Shown here: one piece after another, positions 1 through 10,271 of the stretch
Numbering within the stretch: position 1 is the first letter of the stretch
Layout: each line of letters opens with the position of its first letter
NCBI GenBank assembly: GCA_018654575.1
Contig: JABILI010000088.1
Span: 440-64,439 of the forward strand
Source: Porticoccaceae bacterium
GTDB lineage: Bacteria; Pseudomonadota; Gammaproteobacteria; Pseudomonadales; Porticoccaceae
Length of the DNA stretch: 64,000 nucleotides
Reading direction: 5' to 3'
Program-made: the position numbers and the translations under genes
The notes under the pieces: model-generated
The model's input: the letters and a program-made list of their open reading frames with translations, nothing else
The model's database searches: none
Told to the model about the DNA's origin: nothing

Positions 1-707
1 GCGCGCGCAATTTCAGCAGTGAAAATGCCCGTGGGAATAGCGATGATGCTATAACCGGTCAACATTATCATGGTAGACAAAATCTGCCCTAATGACGTTT
101 GAGGTGTGATATCGCCATAGCCAACCGTGGTGATAGTCACAATTGTCCAGTAGATGCTACGAGGAATACTGGTAAAGCCATTGCCTGGACCTTCCACCAA
201 AAACATTAAACTACCAAAGATCACGCTAAGCACCAAAACCACCATAAAGAAAACCAGCACTTTGCGTCGTGCTGCATACATTGAACGCAATAGTAAATTG
301 GCCTCGGAGAGATACCGAACGAGTTTTAGTACTCTGAATATTCGAAGCACCCTCAATAGACGTATCACTAACCAATAACTTGCACCAGGCACAATCAGCG
401 CCAAGTAAGTCGGTACAATAGACAGTAAATCCACCAGCCCATAAAAACTGAACATATAATGCAATGGTTTTGGTGATGTATAGATTCGCAGTAAATATTC
501 GACAGAAAATAGCAGGGTAAAAAACCACTCTAATCGAAACAACCATAGCCCATATTGGCTGTTAACGGACTCGATCGAATCAAGGACAATGGCTAGCACA
601 CTAAGTAGAATGACCCAGATCAAGGCTATATCGAATTTCTGCCCCGCGGGCGTATCAGTGCCAAAGATGACCCGATAAGCCCTCTCTCTAAAGGATGCTT
701 CAACCAT
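1..707 (-). CDS. Ion transporter / voltage-gated K+ channel family (3' end runs off the window)
   Basis: Hand translation from ATG at 707: MVEASFRERAYRVIFGTDTPAGQKFD..., S4-like RLLRVLRIFRVLKL, selectivity filter TITTVGYGD. It is not in the ORF track because there is no stop in the window. Confidence 0.93.
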   Translation of the reverse strand, partial: MVEASFRERAYRVIFGTDTPAGQKFDIALIWVILLSVLAIVLDSIESVNSQYGLWLFRLEWFFTLLFSVEYLLRIYTSPKPLHYMFSFYGLVDLLSIVPTYLALIVPGASYWLVIRLLRVLRIFRVLKLVRYLSEANLLLRSMYAARRKVLVFFMVVLVLSVIFGSLMFLVEGPGNGFTSIPRSIYWTIVTITTVGYGDITPQTSLGQILSTMIMLTGYSIIAIPTGIFTAEIAR

Positions 708-910
708 AATGATTGCCTAGGTACGAATAGATACACACATTGTAGGCAGTAATCTCCAATTAAACTAATTCCTTATTGCCACCTCATGCAATTTCAACAA
801 CGATTAGGTGCTTATATTAGTGATCGTTTAGCCTACGAGGGAATGTTATTATTACATCTGTGTCTTGATACCCATTAAATCTAACTGCTAATGATTTCGG
901 AAACCCCTCA

Positions 911-1834
911 ATGATAAACCAGAGAATGTCCCCCAAAGACTGGTTAATGCTACTGCTACTATCATTCCTATGGGGTGGATCATTCTTTTTCATTGCCGTG
1001 GCTGTATCAGAACTACCTCCATTAACCATTGTTACAATGAGAGTTGGTATGGCTTCCATTACACTATGGACCATTCTCATCATCGCTGGGTATGAGATAC
1101 CTAAATCTCTTAAACTATGGCGATCATTTCTTATTTTGGGGTTACTCAGTAACGCCATCCCCTTCTCTCTTATTGTTTGGGGGCAGACCCACATCACATC
1201 TGGCTTAGCCTCAATAATTAATGCAACGACACCTTTATTTACAGTGTTAATCGCTGGTACATTATTAACAGATGAACACATGACACCGGCAAAAATTATT
1301 GGTGTCGTCATTGGGTTGTTAGGTGTGATAGTGTTAATCGGACCCTCAACACTAACAGACGTGGGTGCTGACACGACTGCCCAACTCGCCATCATGGCAG
1401 CCGCCGTATCCTATGGTTTTGCTACCGTCTACGGCAGGCGATTCAAGACCATGGGCATCAACCCGGTTACCACAGCTGTCGGGCAGGTGACTTGCGCAAC
1501 CATTATTTTACTGCCTTTAGCGTTTTTCATAGAACGACCTGATCAACTGGCAAATCCAAGCTTAAAGGTTTGGTTGGCGGTTATATCACTGGCTGTTTTT
1601 TCAACAGCCTTGGCCTATATTTTATTTTTCCGCATATTAGCCTCTTCAGGCGCTACCAACGTTGTCTTAGTTACATTTTTGGTTCCCATCACCGCCAATC
1701 TGCTTGGCTGGCTTGCACTCAATGAAATACTGCATGCTGAATATTTTATTGGCATGGTATTCATCGGCTTAGGACTAGCGGCAATCGATGGACGATTATG
1801 GGATAAAGCTAAAATACTGACCAAACGCCATTAA
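911..1834 (+). CDS. DMT/EamA family transporter
   Basis: 307 aa, about 10 hydrophobic segments, SFLWGGSFFFI and duplicated EamA-type halves. Confidence 0.9.
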   Translation: MINQRMSPKDWLMLLLLSFLWGGSFFFIAVAVSELPPLTIVTMRVGMASITLWTILIIAGYEIPKSLKLWRSFLILGLLSNAIPFSLIVWGQTHITSGLASIINATTPLFTVLIAGTLLTDEHMTPAKIIGVVIGLLGVIVLIGPSTLTDVGADTTAQLAIMAAAVSYGFATVYGRRFKTMGINPVTTAVGQVTCATIILLPLAFFIERPDQLANPSLKVWLAVISLAVFSTALAYILFFRILASSGATNVVLVTFLVPITANLLGWLALNEILHAEYFIGMVFIGLGLAAIDGRLWDKAKILTKRH

Positions 1835-1913
1835 CATATAATGGCTTTTTTGATCCATTGAGAAGTGAAGCCATATACAGCTAAACTCTCCCTTTACCAT
1901 TAAGAGGTTATTG

Positions 1914-2915
1914 ATGAGCCTGCCTGACAATCAAATCAGTATTGAAATTACTCAACCCGGCGGCCCAAACGTTTTACAGCCGGCATCACGTCCAATGCCA
2001 TCGCATAATGACAATCAAGTACTGATAAAAGTCGCGGCGGCGGGTGTTAACCGACCCGACGTGTTTCAGCGCCTTGGCTTTTATCCTGCGCCCCCTGGCG
2101 CATCAGATATTCCTGGTCTTGAGGTATCAGGCACAGTAGTGGCTACAGGCAATGAGGTCACTCGCTGGAAAATAGGGGATCAAGTATGCGCTTTGCTGGC
2201 CGGCGGTGGTTATGCTGAGTACGCCTTGGCAGACGCATCCCTATGCCTTCCAATCCCTGAAGGTCTAAGTCTTGAAGATGCCGCAGCACTGCCGGAAACC
2301 TGTTTTACAGTCTGGCACAATCTCTTTGAACGAGCACAATTAAAACCCAACGAATGGCTGTTAGTTCACGGTGGATCCAGTGGCATTGGTACCACAGCTA
2401 TTCAAATGGCCAGCGCAATGGGTATTAAAGTGATCGCCACAGCCGGGTCTGATGAAAAATGTAGAGTTTGCGAAAAGCTAGGTGCGATCAAAGCTATTAA
2501 CTACCGTGAACATAATTTTGTCGGCATCTGTGCCGAACTGACCGATGGTGGTGTTAACGTTGTGCTAGACATGGTTGGTGGTGATTATGTTCAGCAAAAT
2601 TTTGCCGTCTGCGCGCCAAAAGCACGAATTGTTAACATCGCTTTTTTGCGCGGCTCCAAAGTGGAAATTGATCTCATGCCTCTAATGCTGAAACAGATTG
2701 TATTAACCGGTTCAACTCTTAGAGCTCAACCATTGAAAGATAAGAAACGAATTGCTCAGGGTGTTGAAACTCAGGTTTGGCCATTAATTGCAGAGGGGAA
2801 ATTCAAGTCCGTTGTTAATAATAGATTTCCTCTTTCGCATGCGTCTCAAGCTCATGAGTTAATGGAGTCAAATAAACATATTGGTAAATTACTTCTAATA
2901 AGTGAGAGTGATTAA
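1914..2915 (+). CDS. NAD(P)H-quinone oxidoreductase, PIG3/zeta-crystallin (MDR) family
   Basis: AAGVNRPD, GLEVSG and HGGSSGIG motifs. GAGG RBS precedes the ATG at 1914. Confidence 0.92.
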   Translation: MSLPDNQISIEITQPGGPNVLQPASRPMPSHNDNQVLIKVAAAGVNRPDVFQRLGFYPAPPGASDIPGLEVSGTVVATGNEVTRWKIGDQVCALLAGGGYAEYALADASLCLPIPEGLSLEDAAALPETCFTVWHNLFERAQLKPNEWLLVHGGSSGIGTTAIQMASAMGIKVIATAGSDEKCRVCEKLGAIKAINYREHNFVGICAELTDGGVNVVLDMVGGDYVQQNFAVCAPKARIVNIAFLRGSKVEIDLMPLMLKQIVLTGSTLRAQPLKDKKRIAQGVETQVWPLIAEGKFKSVVNNRFPLSHASQAHELMESNKHIGKLLLISESD

Positions 2916-3238
2916 TGGCTAACAAAGAGTCGAGATTAGTCTATTCCACTGATGTAGGTCGTGTTCATGAAAGAGAACAACCTCAAGTAACTTTAACGGA
3001 CGGAATTGTGCGTATTCGGCGAGAAACTAAAGGCCGCAAAGGCAAAGGGGTCACTACTGTTTCAGGAATTGACTTGCCAGAACTAGGCCTGAAGGCCTTA
3101 GCCAAACAATTGAAGCAAAAATGCTCCACTGGTGGCACCGTTAAATCAGGGGTTATTGAAGTGCAAGGTGACCACCGTGATTTACTCAAAAAAGAGCTGG
3201 AAAAACGCGGACATAATGTCAAGTTAGCAGGAGGCTGA
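2915..3238 (+). CDS. yciH: SUI1-family translation initiation factor YciH
   Basis: RRETKGRKGKGVT...LKQKCSTGGTVK...IEVQGDHR. The start overlaps the upstream stop (TAATG). Confidence 0.95.
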   Translation: MANKESRLVYSTDVGRVHEREQPQVTLTDGIVRIRRETKGRKGKGVTTVSGIDLPELGLKALAKQLKQKCSTGGTVKSGVIEVQGDHRDLLKKELEKRGHNVKLAGG

Positions 3239-3242
3239 TTTT

Positions 3243-5171
3243 TTGGATATTGACAGTTCTAAAGCAACAACGCTCAAGGTGATGAAACCATTTGGCACAT
3301 GGCCATCCGATATTAGTGCAGAGATGATCACTCGCGCCGCACCCGGACTCAATCATCTTCAATCCAGTGGAGATGCACTTTTCTGGGTCGAAAGTCGCCC
3401 ATGGGAAGCCGGCCGCAATGTTATTATGTGTCAGACTCCCGATGGGGTAATTAAAGACCTTTTGCCAGCTCAGTTCAGTTGCAATAGTAAAGTGCATGAG
3501 TACGGCGGCATGGCGTACACAGTGGCTAATCAGAAACTCTATTTTGTAAATGCTCTAGATCAACGTATTTATCAACTCGACTTAGGGTCCTCCACCAGCC
3601 CCTCACCGATAAGTCCTGAGGGAGCTTTTCACTTTGCCGATATTATTGTCGACACGACAAATCAGCGGTTGATCGCAGTCTGTGAACACCATCTTGATGG
3701 GCAAGAGCCAAACAATTACATTGCCGGCATTGCCTTAGATCAAAAACACCCTGAGATTGACGCTTTAGTCACAGGTTCTGACTTTTATGCCTATCCACGT
3801 CTTAGCCCTGATAACTCTACGATCTGCTGGATTGAGTGGCAACATCCCAACATGCCTTGGGATAACACGCAGTTATGGCAAGCATCCGTCAGCGGAAATA
3901 ATCTGACAAATAGATGCCTAGTCGCAGGTGAAAACCAAGATGAAGCTATTTTTCAACCTCAGTGGTCACCTGACAATCTTCTGTATTTTGTGTCCGACAG
4001 CGATAACTGGTGGAATATCTGCCGCCTTAGCGAGGGACATCGGGAAACGGTACTGCTAATGGACGCCGAGTTTGCCACACCATTGTGGCAGCTAGGGGCA
4101 TCAACCTATCATTTTATTGATAACCAAACCATCGGTTGCACATGGACGAAATCTGGCGTTTGGTCTGCCGGATTTATTGATATACCAACACAAACACTTG
4201 GCAAGATCGACTCTCACTACAGCAGCATGCATAGCATCTGCACACATCATGGTCATTTATTTATGATGGCTGGTGCTCCGAGACTATCAACGGAATTAAT
4301 AAGCTTCTCTACCGATAAACAGTTAACGAGGGTTTATGCGCCAGCATCGCTACCGGTAAACGTTAGAGAGCTATCAACGCCAGAATCAGTACTATTTCCC
4401 AGCGCCGACAACCAAAGAGTGCATGCCTTCTTTTACCCGCCAACCAACGCCCATTTTCGCGGCAGTGATCAAGAGTTACCCCTAGTCATTGCTATTTGCC
4501 ATGGCGGACCCACTGGTGCAACAAACAGTAGCTTAAACCTTAAAATACAATATTGGACTAATCGCGGTTTTGCTGTAGTAGACATTAACTACCGAGGCAG
4601 CACGGGTTTTGGCCGTCATTATCGTCAAGGTTTAGCGGGTGCCTGGGGGCTAGCCGATGTTGAAGATACGCAGTACGCCATTGGCCATCTTGCAAGCTTA
4701 GGAAGAATTGATTCTGAACGCTGTATTATCCGAGGTGGAAGTGCGGGTGGGTACACCGTACTCTCTGCGCTGACCTTTACCGATACTTTTAGGGCTGGAG
4801 CTAGCCTGTACGGTATTGGTGACCTTGAAACTCTGGCCACAGATACTCACAAGTTTGAATCTCGCTATTTAGATAGCCTGATAGGCCCTTACCCGGAACG
4901 AAAAGACATCTACATTGAAAGATCGCCCATCCATCATATTGAGGGCCTGAACTGCCCAGTGATCTTTTTACAAGGGCTTCAAGATAAGGTTGTTCCACCC
5001 AATCAAGCAGAGATGATGGTGGATTCATTACAAAGTAAAGGCATTAAGGTCGCTTATGTAACCTTCGATGATGAGGGCCATGGATTTCGAAAAGCCAATA
5101 ATATTATTCGCGCCATGGAGGCGGAATTAACCTTTTATCAAGAAGTATTCAACCTTGTCGAGACTATTTAA
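3243..5171 (+). CDS. S9 family (prolyl oligopeptidase-like) peptidase; the true start may be ATG 3282
   Basis: Catalytic GGSAGG, QGLQDKVV (Asp) and EGHGF (His). N-terminal PFGTWPS, then a beta-propeller-like region. Confidence 0.92.
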   Translation: MDIDSSKATTLKVMKPFGTWPSDISAEMITRAAPGLNHLQSSGDALFWVESRPWEAGRNVIMCQTPDGVIKDLLPAQFSCNSKVHEYGGMAYTVANQKLYFVNALDQRIYQLDLGSSTSPSPISPEGAFHFADIIVDTTNQRLIAVCEHHLDGQEPNNYIAGIALDQKHPEIDALVTGSDFYAYPRLSPDNSTICWIEWQHPNMPWDNTQLWQASVSGNNLTNRCLVAGENQDEAIFQPQWSPDNLLYFVSDSDNWWNICRLSEGHRETVLLMDAEFATPLWQLGASTYHFIDNQTIGCTWTKSGVWSAGFIDIPTQTLGKIDSHYSSMHSICTHHGHLFMMAGAPRLSTELISFSTDKQLTRVYAPASLPVNVRELSTPESVLFPSADNQRVHAFFYPPTNAHFRGSDQELPLVIAICHGGPTGATNSSLNLKIQYWTNRGFAVVDINYRGSTGFGRHYRQGLAGAWGLADVEDTQYAIGHLASLGRIDSERCIIRGGSAGGYTVLSALTFTDTFRAGASLYGIGDLETLATDTHKFESRYLDSLIGPYPERKDIYIERSPIHHIEGLNCPVIFLQGLQDKVVPPNQAEMMVDSLQSKGIKVAYVTFDDEGHGFRKANNIIRAMEAELTFYQEVFNLVETI

Positions 5172-5173
5172 GC

Positions 5174-5689
5174 ATGTCTCGTTATCGCCCACCCAGACCT
5201 AAAAGCTCTCCTTATATAACTGCAGAAGGTGCTGCCAATATGCGAGCTGAGCTTAGGCAACTGTGGAAGGTTGAACGCCCTCAAGTTACCCAGGTGGTTC
5301 ATGAAGCGGCAAAAAACGGAGATCGCTCTGAAAATGGTGATTATATTTATGGCAAACGACGCCTGCATGAAATTGATAGCCGCGTACGCTACCTCACTAA
5401 AGGTTTAGAAAACGCCCAAATTATTGAAGATAAACCTAGGGACCCATCCAAGGTATTCTTTGCTGCTTGGGTAACCGTCGAAGATGAACAGGGTAATGAC
5501 CTACCCCAGACTTTTAGACTGGTGGGCTCTGACGAAATCGACCCTTCCCGTCATTGGATTAGCATCGATTCACCTATGGCTCAGGCACTAGTCGGAAAAA
5601 GTTTGAATGACGAAATAAAGGTAGAAACTCCTGCCGGGCAACGTTATTTCGTTATTACCGACATCAGTTATGAGTCCCCCACGATTTAG
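5174..5689 (+). CDS. greB: Transcription elongation factor GreB
   Basis: YITAEG...LWKVERPQVTQVV..AAKNGDRSENGDYIYGKRRLHEIDSRVRYL. Confidence 0.96.
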   Translation: MSRYRPPRPKSSPYITAEGAANMRAELRQLWKVERPQVTQVVHEAAKNGDRSENGDYIYGKRRLHEIDSRVRYLTKGLENAQIIEDKPRDPSKVFFAAWVTVEDEQGNDLPQTFRLVGSDEIDPSRHWISIDSPMAQALVGKSLNDEIKVETPAGQRYFVITDISYESPTI

Positions 5690-6324
5690 GGTGACAACCG
5701 CACGATAGTCCAGCTACTGTCCGCATTACGCTGGAATGAAAAACGATCATGAAGGCGATTTTCTCCTCCCTGCCAAAACTCAAATTCCCGAGGCACTACC
5801 CTATAACCACCCCAGAACTCTGGTAAAGGAACTGGAGCCGAGTCAAAACGCTGTTGCACCGCATTGACCTGGGCCTCCAACACCTCACGAGAAGCGATAG
5901 GACGACTCTGCTCAGACGCCCAAGCAGCAAGCTGACTCGACACTGGTCGACTCTTAAAGTAGTCACTGATCTCGCTATCTGACAGCGGCTCTGCCATCCC
6001 ACCCACGATGACTTGCCGATCCAACTGCAGCCAAGGAAACTGAAGGCTAACCTGGGGGTTAGACGTAATATCTGCTGCTTTACGGCTACCTAAATTGGTA
6101 TAAAAAACAAATCCGCGCTCGTCGAACCCCTTTAGCAGAACCATTCGCTGCCAAGGCCTACCTTGAGTATCAACGGTAGCCACACTCATGGCGGTCGGGT
6201 CAACAATGCCGGCATCAAGAGATTGATCCATCCACAAAGAAAATTGTTCAAAAGGATTGGCATGCAAACTCTCTCGAGATAGCGTCCCGTAGCCATATTC
6301 GCGCCGATTATCGTTAATACCCAT
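5686..6324 (-). CDS. pdxH: Pyridoxamine 5'-phosphate oxidase
   Basis: RREY, RMVLLKG, FYTNLGSRK and EFWQGGENRLHDR motifs. Confidence 0.96.
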   Translation of the reverse strand: MGINDNRREYGYGTLSRESLHANPFEQFSLWMDQSLDAGIVDPTAMSVATVDTQGRPWQRMVLLKGFDERGFVFYTNLGSRKAADITSNPQVSLQFPWLQLDRQVIVGGMAEPLSDSEISDYFKSRPVSSQLAAWASEQSRPIASREVLEAQVNAVQQRFDSAPVPLPEFWGGYRVVPREFEFWQGGENRLHDRFSFQRNADSSWTIVRLSP

Positions 6325-6351
6325 ATCAAGCCAACCGTTATTTCACTTTAA

Positions 6352-7119
6352 TTACATCTTACCAATAGATTGCCCGCCATCAACAGGCAATGCAACACCA
6401 TGAAGATAAGAACCCGCATCACTGGCCAACAGCAAAAATGGCCCTGTTATCTCATCCATCTCACCCGCTCGACGAGCAGGCGACGAAGTAAGAAAGGCCA
6501 TGCTCTCAGGCGATGCAAAAGCCGCTGCTGTCATTTCGGTTAAAAAGTAGCCCGGACAGATTGCATTAACACGAATCCCTTTACCGGCCCACTCAAGAGC
6601 AAGCGACTTGGTCAACTGAACCACAGCCGCCTTGGAAGCTGCATAACTAGACTGGCCGAAGGAAACACGCAAACCCAAAATCGATGCGGTATTAACAATA
6701 GAACCCCCAACACCGGCCGCCATCATGCGCTTAGCCGCCTGTTGAGCGACGATAAAAACCCCTTTAAGGTTAGTATCAATCATATTATCCCAGCTCGACT
6801 CATCGATCTTCAGCGCACTTTTGACTTCTGCGATACCTGCATTATTAGCCACCAACGTGATCGTGCCAAATGCCGCTTCCCCCTGGTCAAAAGCAGTGAC
6901 AATAGATTCAGAATTGGTTACATCCATTGCCACGGCTAGCGCCTCGCCACCTTCAGCTGTAATCTCAGCCACCAGAGACTCAAGACGATCAACCCGACGC
7001 GCTGCAACGATTACCTTAGCCCCTCGTGCCGCTAATATTTTTGCAAAATGCTCACCAAAACCACTAGATGCGCCGGTAACCATTGCGACTTTGCCGCTCA
7101 TATCAAATTCTGTTGCCAT
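6352..7119 (-). CDS. Short-chain dehydrogenase/reductase
   Basis: TGASSGFG Rossmann motif, NNAG, YAASK catalytic motif. Confidence 0.93.
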   Translation of the reverse strand: MATEFDMSGKVAMVTGASSGFGEHFAKILAARGAKVIVAARRVDRLESLVAEITAEGGEALAVAMDVTNSESIVTAFDQGEAAFGTITLVANNAGIAEVKSALKIDESSWDNMIDTNLKGVFIVAQQAAKRMMAAGVGGSIVNTASILGLRVSFGQSSYAASKAAVVQLTKSLALEWAGKGIRVNAICPGYFLTEMTAAAFASPESMAFLTSSPARRAGEMDEITGPFLLLASDAGSYLHGVALPVDGGQSIGKM

Positions 7120-7148
7120 GCCTTTTTTTCCTCGATTAATAAAAAATT

Positions 7149-7841
7149 TTAGCCGTAAGTAATATATTGCTCCATCTCGTTAGTATCCAGATGGGTAACA
7201 CTGTTAAAACCAGTCAAATTCATCTTTCTTTCGTTAAAAAAGAAATGACTTATGGCAGTATTCTTATATTGCAGATTAAGATCAAAGACGTTTTCATCGG
7301 GAATCTCAAGCACCAAGCCGACAAAAGTACTTATTGACCCGCCAGAACCAATGGCCAAAATATTATTGCCCGCATTTGCCATGGCTTTAATTTGGTTTTG
7401 TGCATCTTCTACCCGCGCTTTAAATTGTGCCCAGGTTTCAGGGACCCCGGGGATACTGTCAGACGTCCAGGCCGTCAGAATCTGGCGCAACAGTCGATAA
7501 TAATTTTTCTTATCGGTAGGATCTTTCATCACGTTTTGAAACAACGGGTTGTCACCATGAATCTTCCCGTAAGCCTCAGTCATATCGACAAAGTTGTACT
7601 CATTGAGCCCGGGCAGCACTAACCGATCACTACCGTCTACCCCTAACCCCTCACAAATACCATCCATCGTTTGGTGATGGCGGTGCATATCTCCTACCAC
7701 TAATTGGTCAAAACGCATATCGCGTAACTTAAAATGCTCACCCAAAAAATGCGATTGCTGGTGCCCCAACTCTGACAACTGATCGTAATTTGCCGACCCA
7801 AAAGAAGCCTGAGCATGACGCACAAGGTGGAGTTCACTCAT
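7149..7841 (-). CDS. Histidine phosphatase (phosphoglycerate mutase-like) family protein
   Basis: LVRHAQASFGSANYDQLSELG motif and LNEY. Confidence 0.9.
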   Translation of the reverse strand: MSELHLVRHAQASFGSANYDQLSELGHQQSHFLGEHFKLRDMRFDQLVVGDMHRHHQTMDGICEGLGVDGSDRLVLPGLNEYNFVDMTEAYGKIHGDNPLFQNVMKDPTDKKNYYRLLRQILTAWTSDSIPGVPETWAQFKARVEDAQNQIKAMANAGNNILAIGSGGSISTFVGLVLEIPDENVFDLNLQYKNTAISHFFFNERKMNLTGFNSVTHLDTNEMEQYITYG

Positions 7842-8204
7842 AAAACTGTCCTAGCATTAAAGTAAGTACGTTTATTCCGGAACGTATTTAAACGCAAAAC
7901 ACCATGGGTTAATAGGGATAACATCAGCATATTTCATATTGACCTAGCTTATAGGGGTATAAATACAGAGTAATTACAAAATAAAAGTTATGCCCTATAC
8001 AGCCCATATAACGGAGGGGTAGTCTAGAGTGACTAGCTATTGAACCGATGTTTTTAATGCTCTCACCATAATTCTCTAACATTCACGACAATTCATAACT
8101 TAGCTTAAATGAAGTGCTAATAAACTATAAAAATGAACTACTTAGGCGTATACTCCCCGCCCTAATAATCCAGGACTTAAAAACCCCAAGCCACAGGTAA
8201 ATTA

Positions 8205-10271
8205 ATGTCGTCAATTGACTTCGCATCACTGGGTATTTCTGCCCCTGTACTTAAAGCTGTTCAGCAACTTGGCTATGAGCAACCGACCCCAGTTCAAGCG
8301 CAATGTATCCCTATCCTTCTAAACGGTCAAAACCTATTGGGGACGGCACAAACTGGTACGGGAAAAACAGCCGCCTTCGCTCTGCCTTTTTTGAGCAAAC
8401 TGGATGATAAACAAAAAACACCGCAAATCTTAGTGTTAACGCCAACTCGTGAATTAGCAATTCAGGTGGCAGAGGCTTTCCAAAGCTACGCCAAGCATAT
8501 TAAAGGATTCCACGTACTTCCCATCTACGGAGGAGCAGATATAGGAGGCCAATTACGAGGACTTAAACGAGGCGCGCAGGTTGTAGTTGGTACGCCAGGT
8601 CGTATGCTCGATCATTTGCGCCGACGCAGTCTGGATCTGAGCCAAGTCAAAGGATTAATCCTCGACGAAGCTGATGAAATGTTACGCATGGGCTTTATCG
8701 ACGATGTAGAGACCATTCTCGCTAAGACACCCAATGATTGTCAGCGCGCACTATTTTCAGCCACGATGCCACCCGCCATTCGCAGAGTGACCAAGAAATA
8801 CCTTGGTGACGCGGAAACCATCAGTATCGAGAATAAAACAAAAACCGTAGAACGCATTGAGCAACAATATGTGACCTGCAAAAGCCATCAAAAGATGGAT
8901 GCCTTAACACGCGTACTCGAAGTTGAGTCTTTTGACGGCATGCTCATCTTTGTGCGTACCAAATCGTCAACTGTCGATATTGCCGAGCGACTTGAAGCGC
9001 GAGGTTTTTCGTCTGCAGCCCTTAATGGTGACCTAAGCCAAGCGTTACGGGAACGCACAATTAATCGCCTTAAGAAGGGTCAAGTGGATATCGTTGTTGC
9101 CACAGACGTTGCTGCACGTGGTTTAGATGTTGAGCGTATTAGCCATGTCATTAACTTTGACATCCCCTATGACAATGAGTCCTATGTGCACCGCATTGGC
9201 CGTACTGGTCGAGCTGGACGAGGCGGTAAGGCAATCCTGTTCATCACGCCTAAAGAAAATCGTTTATTACGCTCTATCGAGAAATCAACACGTCAAATCA
9301 TTAAGCCAATGGCCATGCCTAGCAATGAAGAAGTCAGTGGTCAGCGGATTCAGCAGTTTACTGAACATCTGCTGAAAAGCATGGAAGTACCTAAGTTGGA
9401 TAAGTTTCGCTCTTTGATCCAGCAGCTAGCTGACGAAAATGAATTAGATATGGCCCATGTCGCAGCAGCCTTGGTCTTTGAAAATCAGAAAGAACGGCCA
9501 CTTTTCCCTAAGCTTGAAACCATCACTGCACCTAGCAGTAAAGATCGCGACAGAGATTCAGGTCGAGAGCGCAACAGAGATCGCGGTGATAGAAATAAAG
9601 ACCGCGGCGATCGCAAAGAACATCGTGGCCAGCTCACGCAGAACCGAGACTCGCGCGCAGAACCACGAAGAGAGCGTTCAGATCAACCTAAACGTGAGGC
9701 CAAAGCAAGGGATGCCGATGCTAATCGTGATGGCATTCCAATGGTCACTTATCGCTTAGAAGTCGGTAACAATGACGGTATTTCACCAAGTAATATTGTC
9801 GGCGCCATCGCTAACGAAGCCGACATTGAGAGTCGCTTTATTGGTGAGATCAAGCTGCATGATGACTATAGCACCGTAGACTTACCGGAAGGTATGCCTG
9901 CTGACCTATTGAATCATTTAAAAAAGGTTCGAGTTTGCGCAAAACCCATGCGAATCAGCGTGCTCGGAGGAAGTACAAGTGACAGCGCGCAACCATACGC
10001 AGAGAAAGTGGCTACCCCGCGTAAACGAAAAATTGCGGATAGTGATGACAAAAGAACTATCTCTCGCAATGTTGAGAATAAACGTACGGCAGAGCCTAGA
10101 AAGCCAGCCAAGAAGGTCTTTACCGGTAATAAAAAAACCTTTGCTAAAGACTCAAAATCAACACGCAGGGATCGCACTGATCGTAGCGATCGTCGTCCTC
10201 CAAGCAATGATGGCAGCGCACCCTTAAAAAAGAAAAAGACCTACACCAAAAAGCCTAAGCGTTCGAAATAA
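8205..10271 (+). CDS. deaD: DEAD-box RNA helicase DeaD/CsdA
   Basis: Q motif, AQTGTGKT, PTRELA, DEAD, SAT and HRIGRTGRAG, plus a DbpA-type RNA-binding domain (YRLEVG...NIVGAIANE). Confidence 0.95.
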   Translation: MSSIDFASLGISAPVLKAVQQLGYEQPTPVQAQCIPILLNGQNLLGTAQTGTGKTAAFALPFLSKLDDKQKTPQILVLTPTRELAIQVAEAFQSYAKHIKGFHVLPIYGGADIGGQLRGLKRGAQVVVGTPGRMLDHLRRRSLDLSQVKGLILDEADEMLRMGFIDDVETILAKTPNDCQRALFSATMPPAIRRVTKKYLGDAETISIENKTKTVERIEQQYVTCKSHQKMDALTRVLEVESFDGMLIFVRTKSSTVDIAERLEARGFSSAALNGDLSQALRERTINRLKKGQVDIVVATDVAARGLDVERISHVINFDIPYDNESYVHRIGRTGRAGRGGKAILFITPKENRLLRSIEKSTRQIIKPMAMPSNEEVSGQRIQQFTEHLLKSMEVPKLDKFRSLIQQLADENELDMAHVAAALVFENQKERPLFPKLETITAPSSKDRDRDSGRERNRDRGDRNKDRGDRKEHRGQLTQNRDSRAEPRRERSDQPKREAKARDADANRDGIPMVTYRLEVGNNDGISPSNIVGAIANEADIESRFIGEIKLHDDYSTVDLPEGMPADLLNHLKKVRVCAKPMRISVLGGSTSDSAQPYAEKVATPRKRKIADSDDKRTISRNVENKRTAEPRKPAKKVFTGNKKTFAKDSKSTRRDRTDRSDRRPPSNDGSAPLKKKKTYTKKPKRSK

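Noticed and set aside
154-546. ORF-track ORFs 154..378 (+) and 226..546 (-)
   Set aside because: These are shadow frames. The real gene is the ion channel in another minus-strand frame (ATG 707, TVGYG filter).
708-910. Short inverted repeats (TGCCTA/TAGGCA, AACGAT/ATCGTT) in the channel-EamA divergent region
   Set aside because: 6-bp arms in an AT-rich spacer are within chance expectation.
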